Source: Nitrosopumilaceae archaeon (GTDB lineage Archaea > Thermoproteota > Nitrososphaeria > Nitrososphaerales > Nitrosopumilaceae). From it: a stretch of 64,000 bases of DNA. Positions within the stretch are counted from its first letter, which is position 1. Each line of letters opens with the position of its first letter. This document shows, one piece after another, positions 49,789 through 58,205 of this stretch. The notes under the pieces were generated by a model. It searched no databases and was not told the DNA's origin. It was given only the letters and a program-made list of their open reading frames with translations. The stretch spans positions 800,001 through 864,000 of the forward strand of contig CBDBCR010000003.1 of the NCBI GenBank assembly GCA_965203465.1, in the 5' to 3' direction. The position numbers were made by a program, and so were the translations under genes.

Positions 49789-50981
49789 CGTCGGGGCCGC
49801 CTCCGGGCTTGTAATTTATTCGCTTCTGTGGTCTGCATGCCCCAGAGCCGGGCGAAGCCGGCCGCCTGCCGCTGGTCAAAGTCGGAATCGTGCCCGTAGG
49901 TGGCCGTCCTGCGCCGGTACAGCGAGTGCGGCGAGCTTCTCCCCACGGCCCGCGGGCCGCCCGGAAAGAGCGCGAGCCGGACCTTGCCGGTGACGTTTCT
50001 CTGCGAGCTCTCGACTAGCGCGTCGAGGTCTGCGCGGAGCGGATCGTCCCACAGCCCCGAATACGCCAGCCACGCCCACCGCTCGTCGGCCTCGGCCTTG
50101 AAGCGGCCCTGGTGGGACGTGTGCACCAGCTTTTCCAGGTCGGCGTGCGCCTCTATCAGGCAGGAGGCCGCCGGCGTCTCGTATACCTCGCGCGACTTTA
50201 TTCCCACCACCCTGTCCTCGACGTGGTCCACGACGCCCACGCCGGCCGCGCCGGCCTTTCTGTTGAGGCGCTCTATCAGCTCGACGGGCCCGTACCTTTT
50301 GCCGTCCAGGGCCACCGGCACGCCGCGCCGGAACTCGATCTCGGCGCGCGGCGGCTTTTTGGGCAGGTTTTTGGTGCGCACCCACTCGAAGGCCGAATCC
50401 GGCGGCTCGGCGGACGGATCCTCCAGGTCGCCCCCCTCTATGGCGCGCCCCCACAGGTTCTGGTCTATGCTGTACTTTTTGGCCACCGCGTCGATGGGTA
50501 TGCCGTGGCGGCGCGCAAACTCCAGCTCCGTCTCCCTGTCCAGGTTCATGTCCCGGATGGGGGCCACGATGGGCAGGCCCGAGGAGAGCATCGTCACGTC
50601 GAAGCGCACCTGGTCGTTGCCCTTGCCCGAGCAGCCGTGCCCGAGGGCCGAGGCGCCCTCCTCGCGCGCCACGTCGAGCACGGCGCGCGCTATGAGGGGG
50701 CGCGCCAGCGCCGTGGCAAGGCAGTACTTTTTCTGGTACAGCGCGTTGGCCTTTATGGCCGGGTGGACGTACCCCGTCACGAACCGGCGGCGCGCGTCTA
50801 TGGTGCGGTGGCGCTTTACCCCCAGGCGCCTGGCCTTGGCGGCGATGGCGCGGCCGTCGTCGCCCTGGCCCACGTCTACCGTGACGGTGACCACGTCGAG
50901 GCCGTGCTCCTTTTGCAGGTACTTTACCACCACGGACGTGTCGAGGCCCCCCGAAAAGGCCAGCACGGCGGTCTCTGCCAT
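49785..50981 (-). CDS. argG: Argininosuccinate synthase
   Basis: LAFSGGLDTS, GCSGKGNDQVRF and GIKSREVYE motifs. Confidence 0.95.
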   Translation of the reverse strand: MAETAVLAFSGGLDTSVVVKYLQKEHGLDVVTVTVDVGQGDDGRAIAAKARRLGVKRHRTIDARRRFVTGYVHPAIKANALYQKKYCLATALARPLIARAVLDVAREEGASALGHGCSGKGNDQVRFDVTMLSSGLPIVAPIRDMNLDRETELEFARRHGIPIDAVAKKYSIDQNLWGRAIEGGDLEDPSAEPPDSAFEWVRTKNLPKKPPRAEIEFRRGVPVALDGKRYGPVELIERLNRKAGAAGVGVVDHVEDRVVGIKSREVYETPAASCLIEAHADLEKLVHTSHQGRFKAEADERWAWLAYSGLWDDPLRADLDALVESSQRNVTGKVRLALFPGGPRAVGRSSPHSLYRRRTATYGHDSDFDQRQAAGFARLWGMQTTEANKLQARRRPRR

Positions 50982-51187
50982 CTGCGCCCGCGCGCGACGC
51001 TCGGAATTTATCTCTGTCGCCGGGCCGGGCGTTTCAGCCGCGCGGGCGTCCGCCAGGCGGAGGGCCGGCGCGGGGGCGCGCGGCGGCCCCCAAGTCAGCC
51101 TTGCCCGGACGCGGGTGGCTTTCGGGCCAAGTCCGACCAAACGCCGGCACCCAGCTGTAGGCGTTTTAATGTCCAAATACATGTCGG

Positions 51188-51648
51188 CTAGATCGGCGCC
51201 CGCCTTTGTTTTTTTGAACCCGAGTTTTTCATAAAAAGCCTGCTACGTCCGGTTCCGACTTTACCAACCCTGCACCCCGCCATGCCGGACATGAATTTTG
51301 CATGCGCGCTAGCCCGCCCCACCACGAGGCGGCCCACGCCGCGGCGCACATAGCGCCTGTCAGTCGCCAGATGGCTTATCAAAAGAGCCGGGATTTTTCC
51401 AAACGTGTCTATGCCGAGGCGGCTCTGTTCTTCGTTCAGGCGATCCATCGCCAAGACCACGTATCCTACCACGCGGCCGTTCCATACGAAAACATACGGT
51501 TGTCCCACATGTTCCTGTCGGTCGTACAGAAAAGTGATCCTAAAGTATTCTTCGAAATCCGGTTTGGAGCAAAGTCTGCATTCGCATCGCTAGGCCGCAT
51601 TTTTCTACGCTGGACTTGATCTATTGAAAAACCGTCGCTTTCAGACAT
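51188..51648 (-). pseudogene. GNAT acetyltransferase toxin-like gene with two frameshifts
   Basis: VVGYVVL and PALLISHLATDRRYVRRGVG in one frame; FYEKLGF in another. Confidence 0.7.
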
Positions 51649-51800
51649 CAGCAGTCTTCACAGGGAACCATTACGTGTTTTGCCGTCTCCATTGCGTCGT
51701 GGATTGCTTTTGTCTGCTCAGGAGTCGGCCCCCTCTCGAGATCCTCCAAAAACGCCACCCAGTCCTCGTGGCTCAGGGTACGTACGTGCCGGAGTGGCAT
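51648..51800 (-). CDS. 50-aa putative antitoxin (DUF1778 C-terminal-like; not in the ORF track)
   Basis: MPLRHVRTLSHEDWVAFLEDLERGPTPEQTKAIHDAMETAKHVMVPCEDC; its TGA overlaps the GNAT ATG. Confidence 0.6.
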   Translation of the reverse strand: MPLRHVRTLSHEDWVAFLEDLERGPTPEQTKAIHDAMETAKHVMVPCEDC

Positions 51801-51853
51801 AGACGCGCCCCCGGATACTGTGGTATATTTGTTGTTTGGGCGGGCCGGCTAGA

Positions 51854-51939
51854 CTATTCTGCCGGTCATGGAAGATTTCGCCCCACGCCTGTTTGACGCG
51901 TAGTGGGCAAGGCGAAATTTTCAACGCCTGCCAGAATAG
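51854..51939. repeat. ~86-bp imperfect hairpin element, copy 1
   Basis: Self-complementary arms CTATTCTG..GAAGATTTCGCC and GGCGAAATTTTC..CAGAATAG. Confidence 0.9.
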
Positions 51940-52004
51940 GCGACCTACGAACACGTGCCAGAAAATACCGCCAGAATGCGCCGAGGGATCGGCGAACGTC
52001 TCAG

Positions 52005-52293
52005 TCATGAGCGGTTGTCGCGCATATACAGTTCCTTGTGATCGCCGATGTCTAGTACGTACACAGTTCTGTTACTATGCGACAATTTGTAGATCATGCT
52101 GACCGATTTTGTTAGATGGTATCCGAAACAGTTTTTGTATTTGCCGGTTTTTTGCCTGCCCATGCGTGCAGGATCCTCGACTATTTTGAGCTCTGCAATA
52201 AACGCCAGATATCGCTTGAACACTTGGCTGGATTTGTATTTTTTTGATCTTTTTCTGAACGGCGTCTGATACGGTTACGTTCCATTCGTTCAA
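52005..52293 (-). pseudogene. RelE/ParE-family toxin (extra A in an A7 run near 52242; may be intact in vivo)
   Basis: MNEWNVTVSDAVQKKIKK joins YKSSQVFKR...SMIYKL...VYVLDIGDHKELY. Confidence 0.7.
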
Positions 52294-52862
52294 TCTTTCA
52301 CCAAGCGTTTGACGTACTCTATGTGCTCGTCAGGGGAGTGTACTTCCCAGTTGACGTTTCCAGAATCGATCTCCTCTATCATGCGTTCGATTTCTGGGTT
52401 GAAACGCACATCCGTGTCGAGGTTGAGGTCTGTCTTTATTTTGCTGTTCCTTGCATATTGCGGATAGTCTGCATATATTTCCTCAATGAGCCTGTCCAGA
52501 GACTTTTTGTTCAGGTTGGCAAACGTCTCGTAGAGGCGCTTTACGAGATCCCCGTGATCGCGCAGCATGGACGATAGCCTCTTGGCTCCTTTTGGCCCGA
52601 GGCTGTAGAAATCCACCGCGCGGCCACCAAACTGCCGGCGCTCTGTACGGATCAGCCCGACCTTTTCGGCCTCTTGCAAATCGCATGTAAGATCCATGCT
52701 GTACGGACCGAAGTGGTACGCTTCCCAGTCCGAATAGAATCCGAGCGGCTTCAGATCGGAGCGGTAGAGCTGGTATGCAAGAAACCCGTATTTCTGCAGC
52801 CGGGTTCGACCCCTGATGGTGGTCTGATTTACGAGCAGAATTATCCGATCAGTCCCATCCAA
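52290..52862 (-). CDS. Panacea (DUF4065/SocA)-like antitoxin with C-terminal extension
   Basis: IRGRTRLQKYGFL and WEAYHFGPYSMDL motifs; overlaps the toxin start. Confidence 0.7.
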   Translation of the reverse strand: MDGTDRIILLVNQTTIRGRTRLQKYGFLAYQLYRSDLKPLGFYSDWEAYHFGPYSMDLTCDLQEAEKVGLIRTERRQFGGRAVDFYSLGPKGAKRLSSMLRDHGDLVKRLYETFANLNKKSLDRLIEEIYADYPQYARNSKIKTDLNLDTDVRFNPEIERMIEEIDSGNVNWEVHSPDEHIEYVKRLVKD

Positions 52863-52931
52863 CGACGGCTGGCTCCGACGCCCATATTTGAATTGAACGC
52901 TGGATGATCGATTCCTACAAATCCGCGTGAG

Positions 52932-53016
52932 CTGTTCTGCCGGTCATGGAAGATTTCGCCCTCGTCTGTCTGATGCGTGGACGGGGAGGCGAAATTTTCA
53001 ACGCCCGCCAGAATAG
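52932..53016. repeat. Hairpin element, copy 2 (direct repeat of copy 1)
   Basis: TTCTGCCGGTCATGGAAGATTTCGCCC and AGGCGAAATTTTCAACGCC are identical to copy 1; the loop has diverged. Confidence 0.9.
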
Positions 53017-53414
53017 GCGCGACTCAGGCGCGAGCCGCCCGAGTTTATAGAGATCGCTTGTCGAATATTTCTGCCTCGTGCAGCTAAATGGAGGTTATGG
53101 GTAATCCACAAAATCTCGCAGATCCGTGCTTAGAAAACCCCAACCAGCGCGTTCACGCATAGACTAATGGAAAGCGCGCGAACCGTGCCTGAGTAAATTG
53201 GAAAAGGCGCGGCAGCGCACCAAGTCGTAGCGACCGAGGACGAATTTAACCCATTCCTGCACCGCTGCCGCAAGCGCTAGGAAGGCGACGGGATAGACTG
53301 CTTGGACGAAGGCACGTACGCCGTGCGCTAGCCCGGATCCGAGCGCAAGCGCACCGTGAAGCTTTCCAAGGACGGCCGGTCGTGCAAGTGCCCGACGCCA
53401 CGTATCGCAAATTC

Positions 53415-53494
53415 CACTGCTGGCGGTCGTTGAAAATCTCGCCTCGCTCGCCGCGCGTCAGACAAGCGCCGGGCGACGTCAACGATCGGCATAG
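53415..53494. repeat. Hairpin element, copy 3 (inverted, diverged)
   Basis: CTGGCGGTCGTTGAAAATCTCGCCT...CGCGTCAGACAAGCG matches the reverse complement of copies 1 and 2. Confidence 0.75.
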
Positions 53495-53823
53495 TCGCCA
53501 ATTTTGAGCTTTTGGCATATCGAGCGGTGCAGTTTAACCGCGGTCTGCCTCTCACTCTCGCTTATGTCGCCGTACAAGACCTCGTATCTGGCCTTTCGGC
53601 ACAGCCAATAAAGGGCGTTATATTCTCGCCAGACGTGCCCGATATATCTGCGTACCCAAGCGTTGCGTTCGCTGTGGCTGCGCGGTTTCTTGCCTATTGC
53701 GAGCAGGCGTTCGTCGACCGCGTGCATGGCAGAATAGAACAGGGTCGTAATCTCCCAGTCGGCTTGTCGGGGGCGACCCGACAGGTACCGCTGCACATCG
53801 CGGTTGTGGATGCTTTGTTGCAC
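53479..53823 (-). CDS. HEPN-domain-like protein
   Basis: DWEITTLFYSAMHAV, PRSHSER and LCRKARY motifs. Confidence 0.7.
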   Translation of the reverse strand: MQQSIHNRDVQRYLSGRPRQADWEITTLFYSAMHAVDERLLAIGKKPRSHSERNAWVRRYIGHVWREYNALYWLCRKARYEVLYGDISESERQTAVKLHRSICQKLKIGDYADR

Positions 53824-53842
53824 GCGCCAGCTCGTTCCAGAT

Positions 53843-54211
53843 CTACCGCCCCGGCCTTGAAAAAACCGGCCTGGTGCCGACCAGGTGCTCGTCCAGGACT
53901 TCGTCCTCGTGCAGTACCAAGGGCGCAATCTCAACGCCGCGCAGCGCGTCCTGAATTTCGATTGATTTGTCGCAGACTGCCAGCAGCGCCTCGCCCCTGT
54001 CGTCAAGAACGTGCACCACCACCACGCGCCACGTTCCGTCCCGCTGCACGTCGTAATGGACTTGAACCACGTGATCCAGTTCCCTGAACGCGTTTTCCAT
54101 GTGCCGGACGACATCGTCCAGGCGTTCCGGGGAGGATCCCGAGTTGAGCCGGAGCTTCAATTCCTCGATGGCGTCCTCTTGGCGTTCTATTTTTTTCTCC
54201 AACGCGGACAT
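53843..54211 (-). CDS. Hypothetical partner of the HEPN protein (possibly a degenerate MNT fold)
   Basis: Acidic 122-aa ORF directly upstream; no GS..DxD motif. Confidence 0.55.
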   Translation of the reverse strand: MSALEKKIERQEDAIEELKLRLNSGSSPERLDDVVRHMENAFRELDHVVQVHYDVQRDGTWRVVVVHVLDDRGEALLAVCDKSIEIQDALRGVEIAPLVLHEDEVLDEHLVGTRPVFSRPGR

Positions 54212-54479
54212 TCTGTCTACAACTGCCTGTTCACTCAGCCTGCCTCATCCCGTTTGCCGCCCGCGCCCGTCCTGCCTATATACCTGACTGAGCTCGGCCA
54301 CAGTCGGGCGGCCCGGACTGGCGCGCGCCGCGGCTGCGGGCCGGATGTGGGCGAGTGGGCACGATATTGCGCCTCGGCCCCGCGCCGTCCCCCGGCTTCC
54401 GGTGCGGCCGGCCGGGGTGGCAGGCTAGCTCGAGCTAAAATTCAGAACGTTATTTATCGGCGTCCCGGGCCGGCCGCGC

Positions 54480-55466
54480 ATGCGCGTCGTCCTGGCCATG
54501 GTGCTCGCGGCGGCCGCCGGCACCGCCGCGGCCGCGCAGTCCTACCTTGCCGACGGCGGCGGGGTGGCCGTGGCGTACTTTCCCAACGTGGGCCACGCCA
54601 TACCCATAGTGGCCTTCGAGTCCGGCTCGCCGCAGGCCGAGCCCAGGATATTCGACAGCGGCCCGCAGGCCGCAGAGGCCCTCTTTGCCGGATCCGTGCA
54701 GATGGCGTACATGGGCCCGGGGCCCGCCCTGACCGCGTTCGCAAACTCGGGCGGCGGCGTCGTGGTGCTGTCCGGCGCCGCGGCCGGGGGGGCGAGCATG
54801 GTGGCGCGCCCCGGCGCCTACCAGGACGCGGAGCTGGCCGGGGCCTGCCCCGGGCCCGGGTGCTCCGCCCTGCTGGACGGAAAAAGGATAGCCGCGCCCC
54901 AGATAGGCAACACGCAGGATGTCTCGCTGCGCCACCTGGTGGAAAAGCACGGCCTGCGTACGGCCGAGCGGGGGGGCAGCGTGACGGTACACAACGTGGC
55001 CAACCCCGACATTTACGCGCTCTTTGCGAAAGGCGACATTGACGCGGCATGGGTGCCCGAGCCGTGGGCCACCCTGCTGGTGCGCGACCTCGGCGGCGCG
55101 CGGCTGTTCGAGGAATCCGAGACGTGGCCCGGCGGCAGGTTCGCCTCGGTGCTGCTGGTGGCCGACGCGCGCTTTGCGCGCGAGAACCCCGGGGCCGTGG
55201 CCGCCTGGCTGGAGGCGCACGAAAGGGCCGAAAAGTCCATACGGGAAGATCCGCGCCGGGCGGCCCTGGCGGTGGACCGGTTCCTGGAAAAGACCTTCGG
55301 CAGGGGCATGGGGGATACAACCGGCGAGGCGCTCTCGCGCGTGGAGATAACCTCGGATCCGGTGGAAAGCTCGGTGCTCGAGTTCGCCGAAAGGTCCGCC
55401 GCCCTGGGGTACCTGGGCAGGGGCCAGGTGGATCTGGGCGGCCTGTTCTGGGAGGGCCCGGCTTGA
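54480..55466 (+). CDS. NitT/TauT/SsuA-family ABC substrate-binding protein
   Basis: Signal peptide; YFPNVGHA, PQIGNTQD and WVPEPW motifs. Confidence 0.88.
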   Translation: MRVVLAMVLAAAAGTAAAAQSYLADGGGVAVAYFPNVGHAIPIVAFESGSPQAEPRIFDSGPQAAEALFAGSVQMAYMGPGPALTAFANSGGGVVVLSGAAAGGASMVARPGAYQDAELAGACPGPGCSALLDGKRIAAPQIGNTQDVSLRHLVEKHGLRTAERGGSVTVHNVANPDIYALFAKGDIDAAWVPEPWATLLVRDLGGARLFEESETWPGGRFASVLLVADARFARENPGAVAAWLEAHERAEKSIREDPRRAALAVDRFLEKTFGRGMGDTTGEALSRVEITSDPVESSVLEFAERSAALGYLGRGQVDLGGLFWEGPA

Positions 55467-56218
55467 CAAAGCTGGAGGCGCGCGGCATAGTCAAGGACTT
55501 TGTGCACGGCACGCACCGCCTGCGGGCGCTTGGCGGCGTGGACATGAGCGTCGAGGCCGGCGACTTTGTCTGCCTGGTCGGGCCGTCGGGCTGCGGCAAG
55601 TCCACGTTTTTGAGGATAGCCGCCGGCCTGGAGAGGCCCGACGGCGGGCAGATACTCTTCGACGGCAGGCCCGTGGACTCGACGGGCGCCGAGAGGATAA
55701 TGGTCTTCCAGGAGGGCGCCCTGTTCCCGTGGCTGGACGTGCGCGACAACGTCGAGTTCGGCCTAAAGATGGCCGGCATACCCCGCGACGAGCGCGCAAA
55801 GATCTCGGGCGGCTACCTTGCCATGATGCAGCTGGACCGCTTCGCCGGCTCGTACATACACCAGCTGTCGACGGGCATGAAGCAGCGCGTGGCCATCGCG
55901 CGCGCGCTGGCCATGGACCCCGACGTGCTGCTGATGGACGAGCCGTTCGCCGCGCTCGACGAGCAGACGCGCAACCTGCTGCTCGCCGAGGTGCAGCTGA
56001 TCTGGGAAAAGACCAAAAAGACGGTGCTGTTCGTGACCCACAACGTGGCCGAGGCGGCCGTGCTGGGCACCAAGGCCGTCGTGTTCAGCGCCAGGCCCTC
56101 GCGCATAAGGGCCGAGATACCCAACCCGCTGCCCAGGCCCAGGTCGCCCGACGACCCCGCGCTCGAGCCGGTGCGGCGGCGCATATCCGAGTGCCTCGGG
56201 CAGGGGCGCCCGGCATGA
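55463..56218 (+). CDS. NitT/TauT-family ABC ATPase
   Basis: GPSGCGKST, LSTGMKQR and LMDEPFAALD motifs. Confidence 0.92.
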   Translation: MTKLEARGIVKDFVHGTHRLRALGGVDMSVEAGDFVCLVGPSGCGKSTFLRIAAGLERPDGGQILFDGRPVDSTGAERIMVFQEGALFPWLDVRDNVEFGLKMAGIPRDERAKISGGYLAMMQLDRFAGSYIHQLSTGMKQRVAIARALAMDPDVLLMDEPFAALDEQTRNLLLAEVQLIWEKTKKTVLFVTHNVAEAAVLGTKAVVFSARPSRIRAEIPNPLPRPRSPDDPALEPVRRRISECLGQGRPA

Positions 56219-56967
56219 GGTACGCGTACCTGCGCGCGGCCTTTTACGCGGGCATAGTGGGAATCTGGCAGGGCGTGGCCATGTCCGGGGTGTGGCCGCC
56301 TAGCGTCTTTCCGTCCCCCTACGAGGTGGCCCAGGACCTGGCGCACGGCGCGTGGGACGGCTCGCTGCTCTACGGCGTGGCCACGAGCATGTGGAGGCTG
56401 GCAGCCGGCCTCGCCATCGCGGTCTCTGCCGGCACGGCCCTGGGCATAGCCATGGCGCGCTCCGAGGCTGCCAACCAGACGCTCGGCTCGCTGGTGCTGG
56501 GCCTCCAGTCGATACCGTCGATAGCGTGGGTGCCGCTTGCCATACTCTGGTACGGCCTCAACGACGCGGGCATAATATTCGTAGTAGCCGTGGGGGCCGT
56601 CTTTGCGGTCACCATAAACGCGTACACCGGCGTCAGGAACATAGACCCGCACTACCTGGAGGCCGCGCGCAACATGGGCGCCAGGGGCTCGCAGCTGGTC
56701 ACCGACGTGCTCATACCGGCCGCGTTCCCCTACATGATAGCCGGCTTCAAGCAGGGGTGGGCGTTCGCCTGGAGGGGCGTGATAGGCGCCGAGCTGCTCT
56801 TTGCCTTCCTGGGCCTGGGCCACCTGCTGTACGCGGCGCGCTCGCTGACCGACGTCTCGCAGGTGATAGCGGTCATGCTCGTCATAATGGGCATAGGCCT
56901 TGCCGTCGACGGGGCCTTTTTCAGGAGGCTCGAGGCCAAGGTCATGGCCAGGTGGGGCCTGGGCTAG
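56215..56967 (+). CDS. NitT/TauT-family ABC permease
   Basis: QSIPSIAWVPL and EAARNMGA loop. Confidence 0.92.
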   Translation: MRYAYLRAAFYAGIVGIWQGVAMSGVWPPSVFPSPYEVAQDLAHGAWDGSLLYGVATSMWRLAAGLAIAVSAGTALGIAMARSEAANQTLGSLVLGLQSIPSIAWVPLAILWYGLNDAGIIFVVAVGAVFAVTINAYTGVRNIDPHYLEAARNMGARGSQLVTDVLIPAAFPYMIAGFKQGWAFAWRGVIGAELLFAFLGLGHLLYAARSLTDVSQVIAVMLVIMGIGLAVDGAFFRRLEAKVMARWGLG

Positions 56968-57890
56968 GCGACGCCGCGCAGCGCCTGCACTATCTTTTCG
57001 GCCGCCACGTTGGCGGCAAGTTTCTGCGCCTCTGCGGTCTGGGCCCCCACGTGCGGGGTCAGCAGGGCGTTGTCCAGCTGCGCCAGCTTGTGGCCCGCCG
57101 CCGGCTCGGTCTCGAAGACGTCGAGGGCGGCCCCGCCCAGGCGGCCGTCCTTTAGCGCCTCGTAGAGGGCGTCCTCGTCGACGACGCCGCCGCGCGAGGT
57201 GTTGACCAGCACGGCGGTCGGCTTCATCAGCGAGAGGCGCGCCGAGTCGAACATGCGGCGCGTGGAGTCGGTCAGGGGCACGTGGACCGAGACGTAGTCG
57301 GAGCTCTGCAGCAGGGTGGCCAAGTCGGCCTTTGCGAGGCCGACCTCGCGCGCGAACTCGGCGTCCACCTGCACCGGATCGTACCCTATGATGTTCATGT
57401 TGAGGCCGCGCGCCAGGCGCGCCAGCCGCCTGCCTATGTTGCCAAGGCCCACTATCCCGAGGTACTTGCCGCTCAGCTCGGTCCCCTTTGACTCTTTTTT
57501 GGGCCACCGCCCGTCGCGCACGCCCCTGTCGGCGAATGCTATCTTGCGCGCCGAGCAGAGCATCAGGCCCAGCACCAGCTCGGCCACGGCCGTGACCGCC
57601 CCCTCGGCCGCGTTGACCACGCGTATGCCGCGCGCCTCTGCGGCCTTTACGTCAATGTTGTCAAGCCCGACGCCGACGCGCGCTATGACCTTGCAGCTGC
57701 GCGCGCGCGACACCATCTCGGCCGTCACGGTGGTGCGGCTGCGCACCACGACGGCCGAATACTCCCCGACGATCTCCAGTATCCGGCCGGCATCTATGTC
57801 CGGCTCGTACGAGACGGCCACGCCGTTCTTTTTGAGCACGTCCAACAGTATCGGATCCACTTCGTCGCAGACCAGCGCGGAATCGGGCAC
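56964..57890 (-). CDS. serA: D-3-phosphoglycerate dehydrogenase / D-2-hydroxyacid dehydrogenase
   Basis: GVGLDNID, GLGNIG, NTSRGGVVDE and TPHVGAQT motifs. Confidence 0.88.
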   Translation of the reverse strand: MPDSALVCDEVDPILLDVLKKNGVAVSYEPDIDAGRILEIVGEYSAVVVRSRTTVTAEMVSRARSCKVIARVGVGLDNIDVKAAEARGIRVVNAAEGAVTAVAELVLGLMLCSARKIAFADRGVRDGRWPKKESKGTELSGKYLGIVGLGNIGRRLARLARGLNMNIIGYDPVQVDAEFAREVGLAKADLATLLQSSDYVSVHVPLTDSTRRMFDSARLSLMKPTAVLVNTSRGGVVDEDALYEALKDGRLGGAALDVFETEPAAGHKLAQLDNALLTPHVGAQTAEAQKLAANVAAEKIVQALRGVA

Positions 57891-58205
57891 GCGGCGCGGT
57901 GCCCGGGTTCGAATATAATCATTTGCTGAGGGATCCGGCCGGAGCCCGGGCGGGGCCGCGCTCGCCTGCTCGGCCTCGCGCAGGCGCCGGCGGCGGTTTT
58001 TCGGCAAAGCCGGGCACTCGCCCGCAAAGCGCCCGTTAGGCTTGGACTTTGGTGCCCGGCCAAGCGCCATTAACGCTCGCTTTAGTCGGCCCGGGCCCCG
58101 TTAAAGAAAATCGCCGATTGCGTTAACGGAGACGCCGATGGCATTTAACTGCTGGGCGCGTTTCCGGTACCTAGTCGTACCGGCCGCGCCTCCGGACGCC
58201 GCGGC

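Noticed and set aside
51854-53494. Canonical integron attC sites
   Set aside because: No RYYYAAC/GTTRRRY boxes at the arm ends, one copy is inverted, and there is no intI. Kept only as a non-canonical hairpin finding.
57900-57920. tRNA-like GGTTCGAAT (a similar motif occurs at 39601)
   Set aside because: No cloverleaf can be formed around it.
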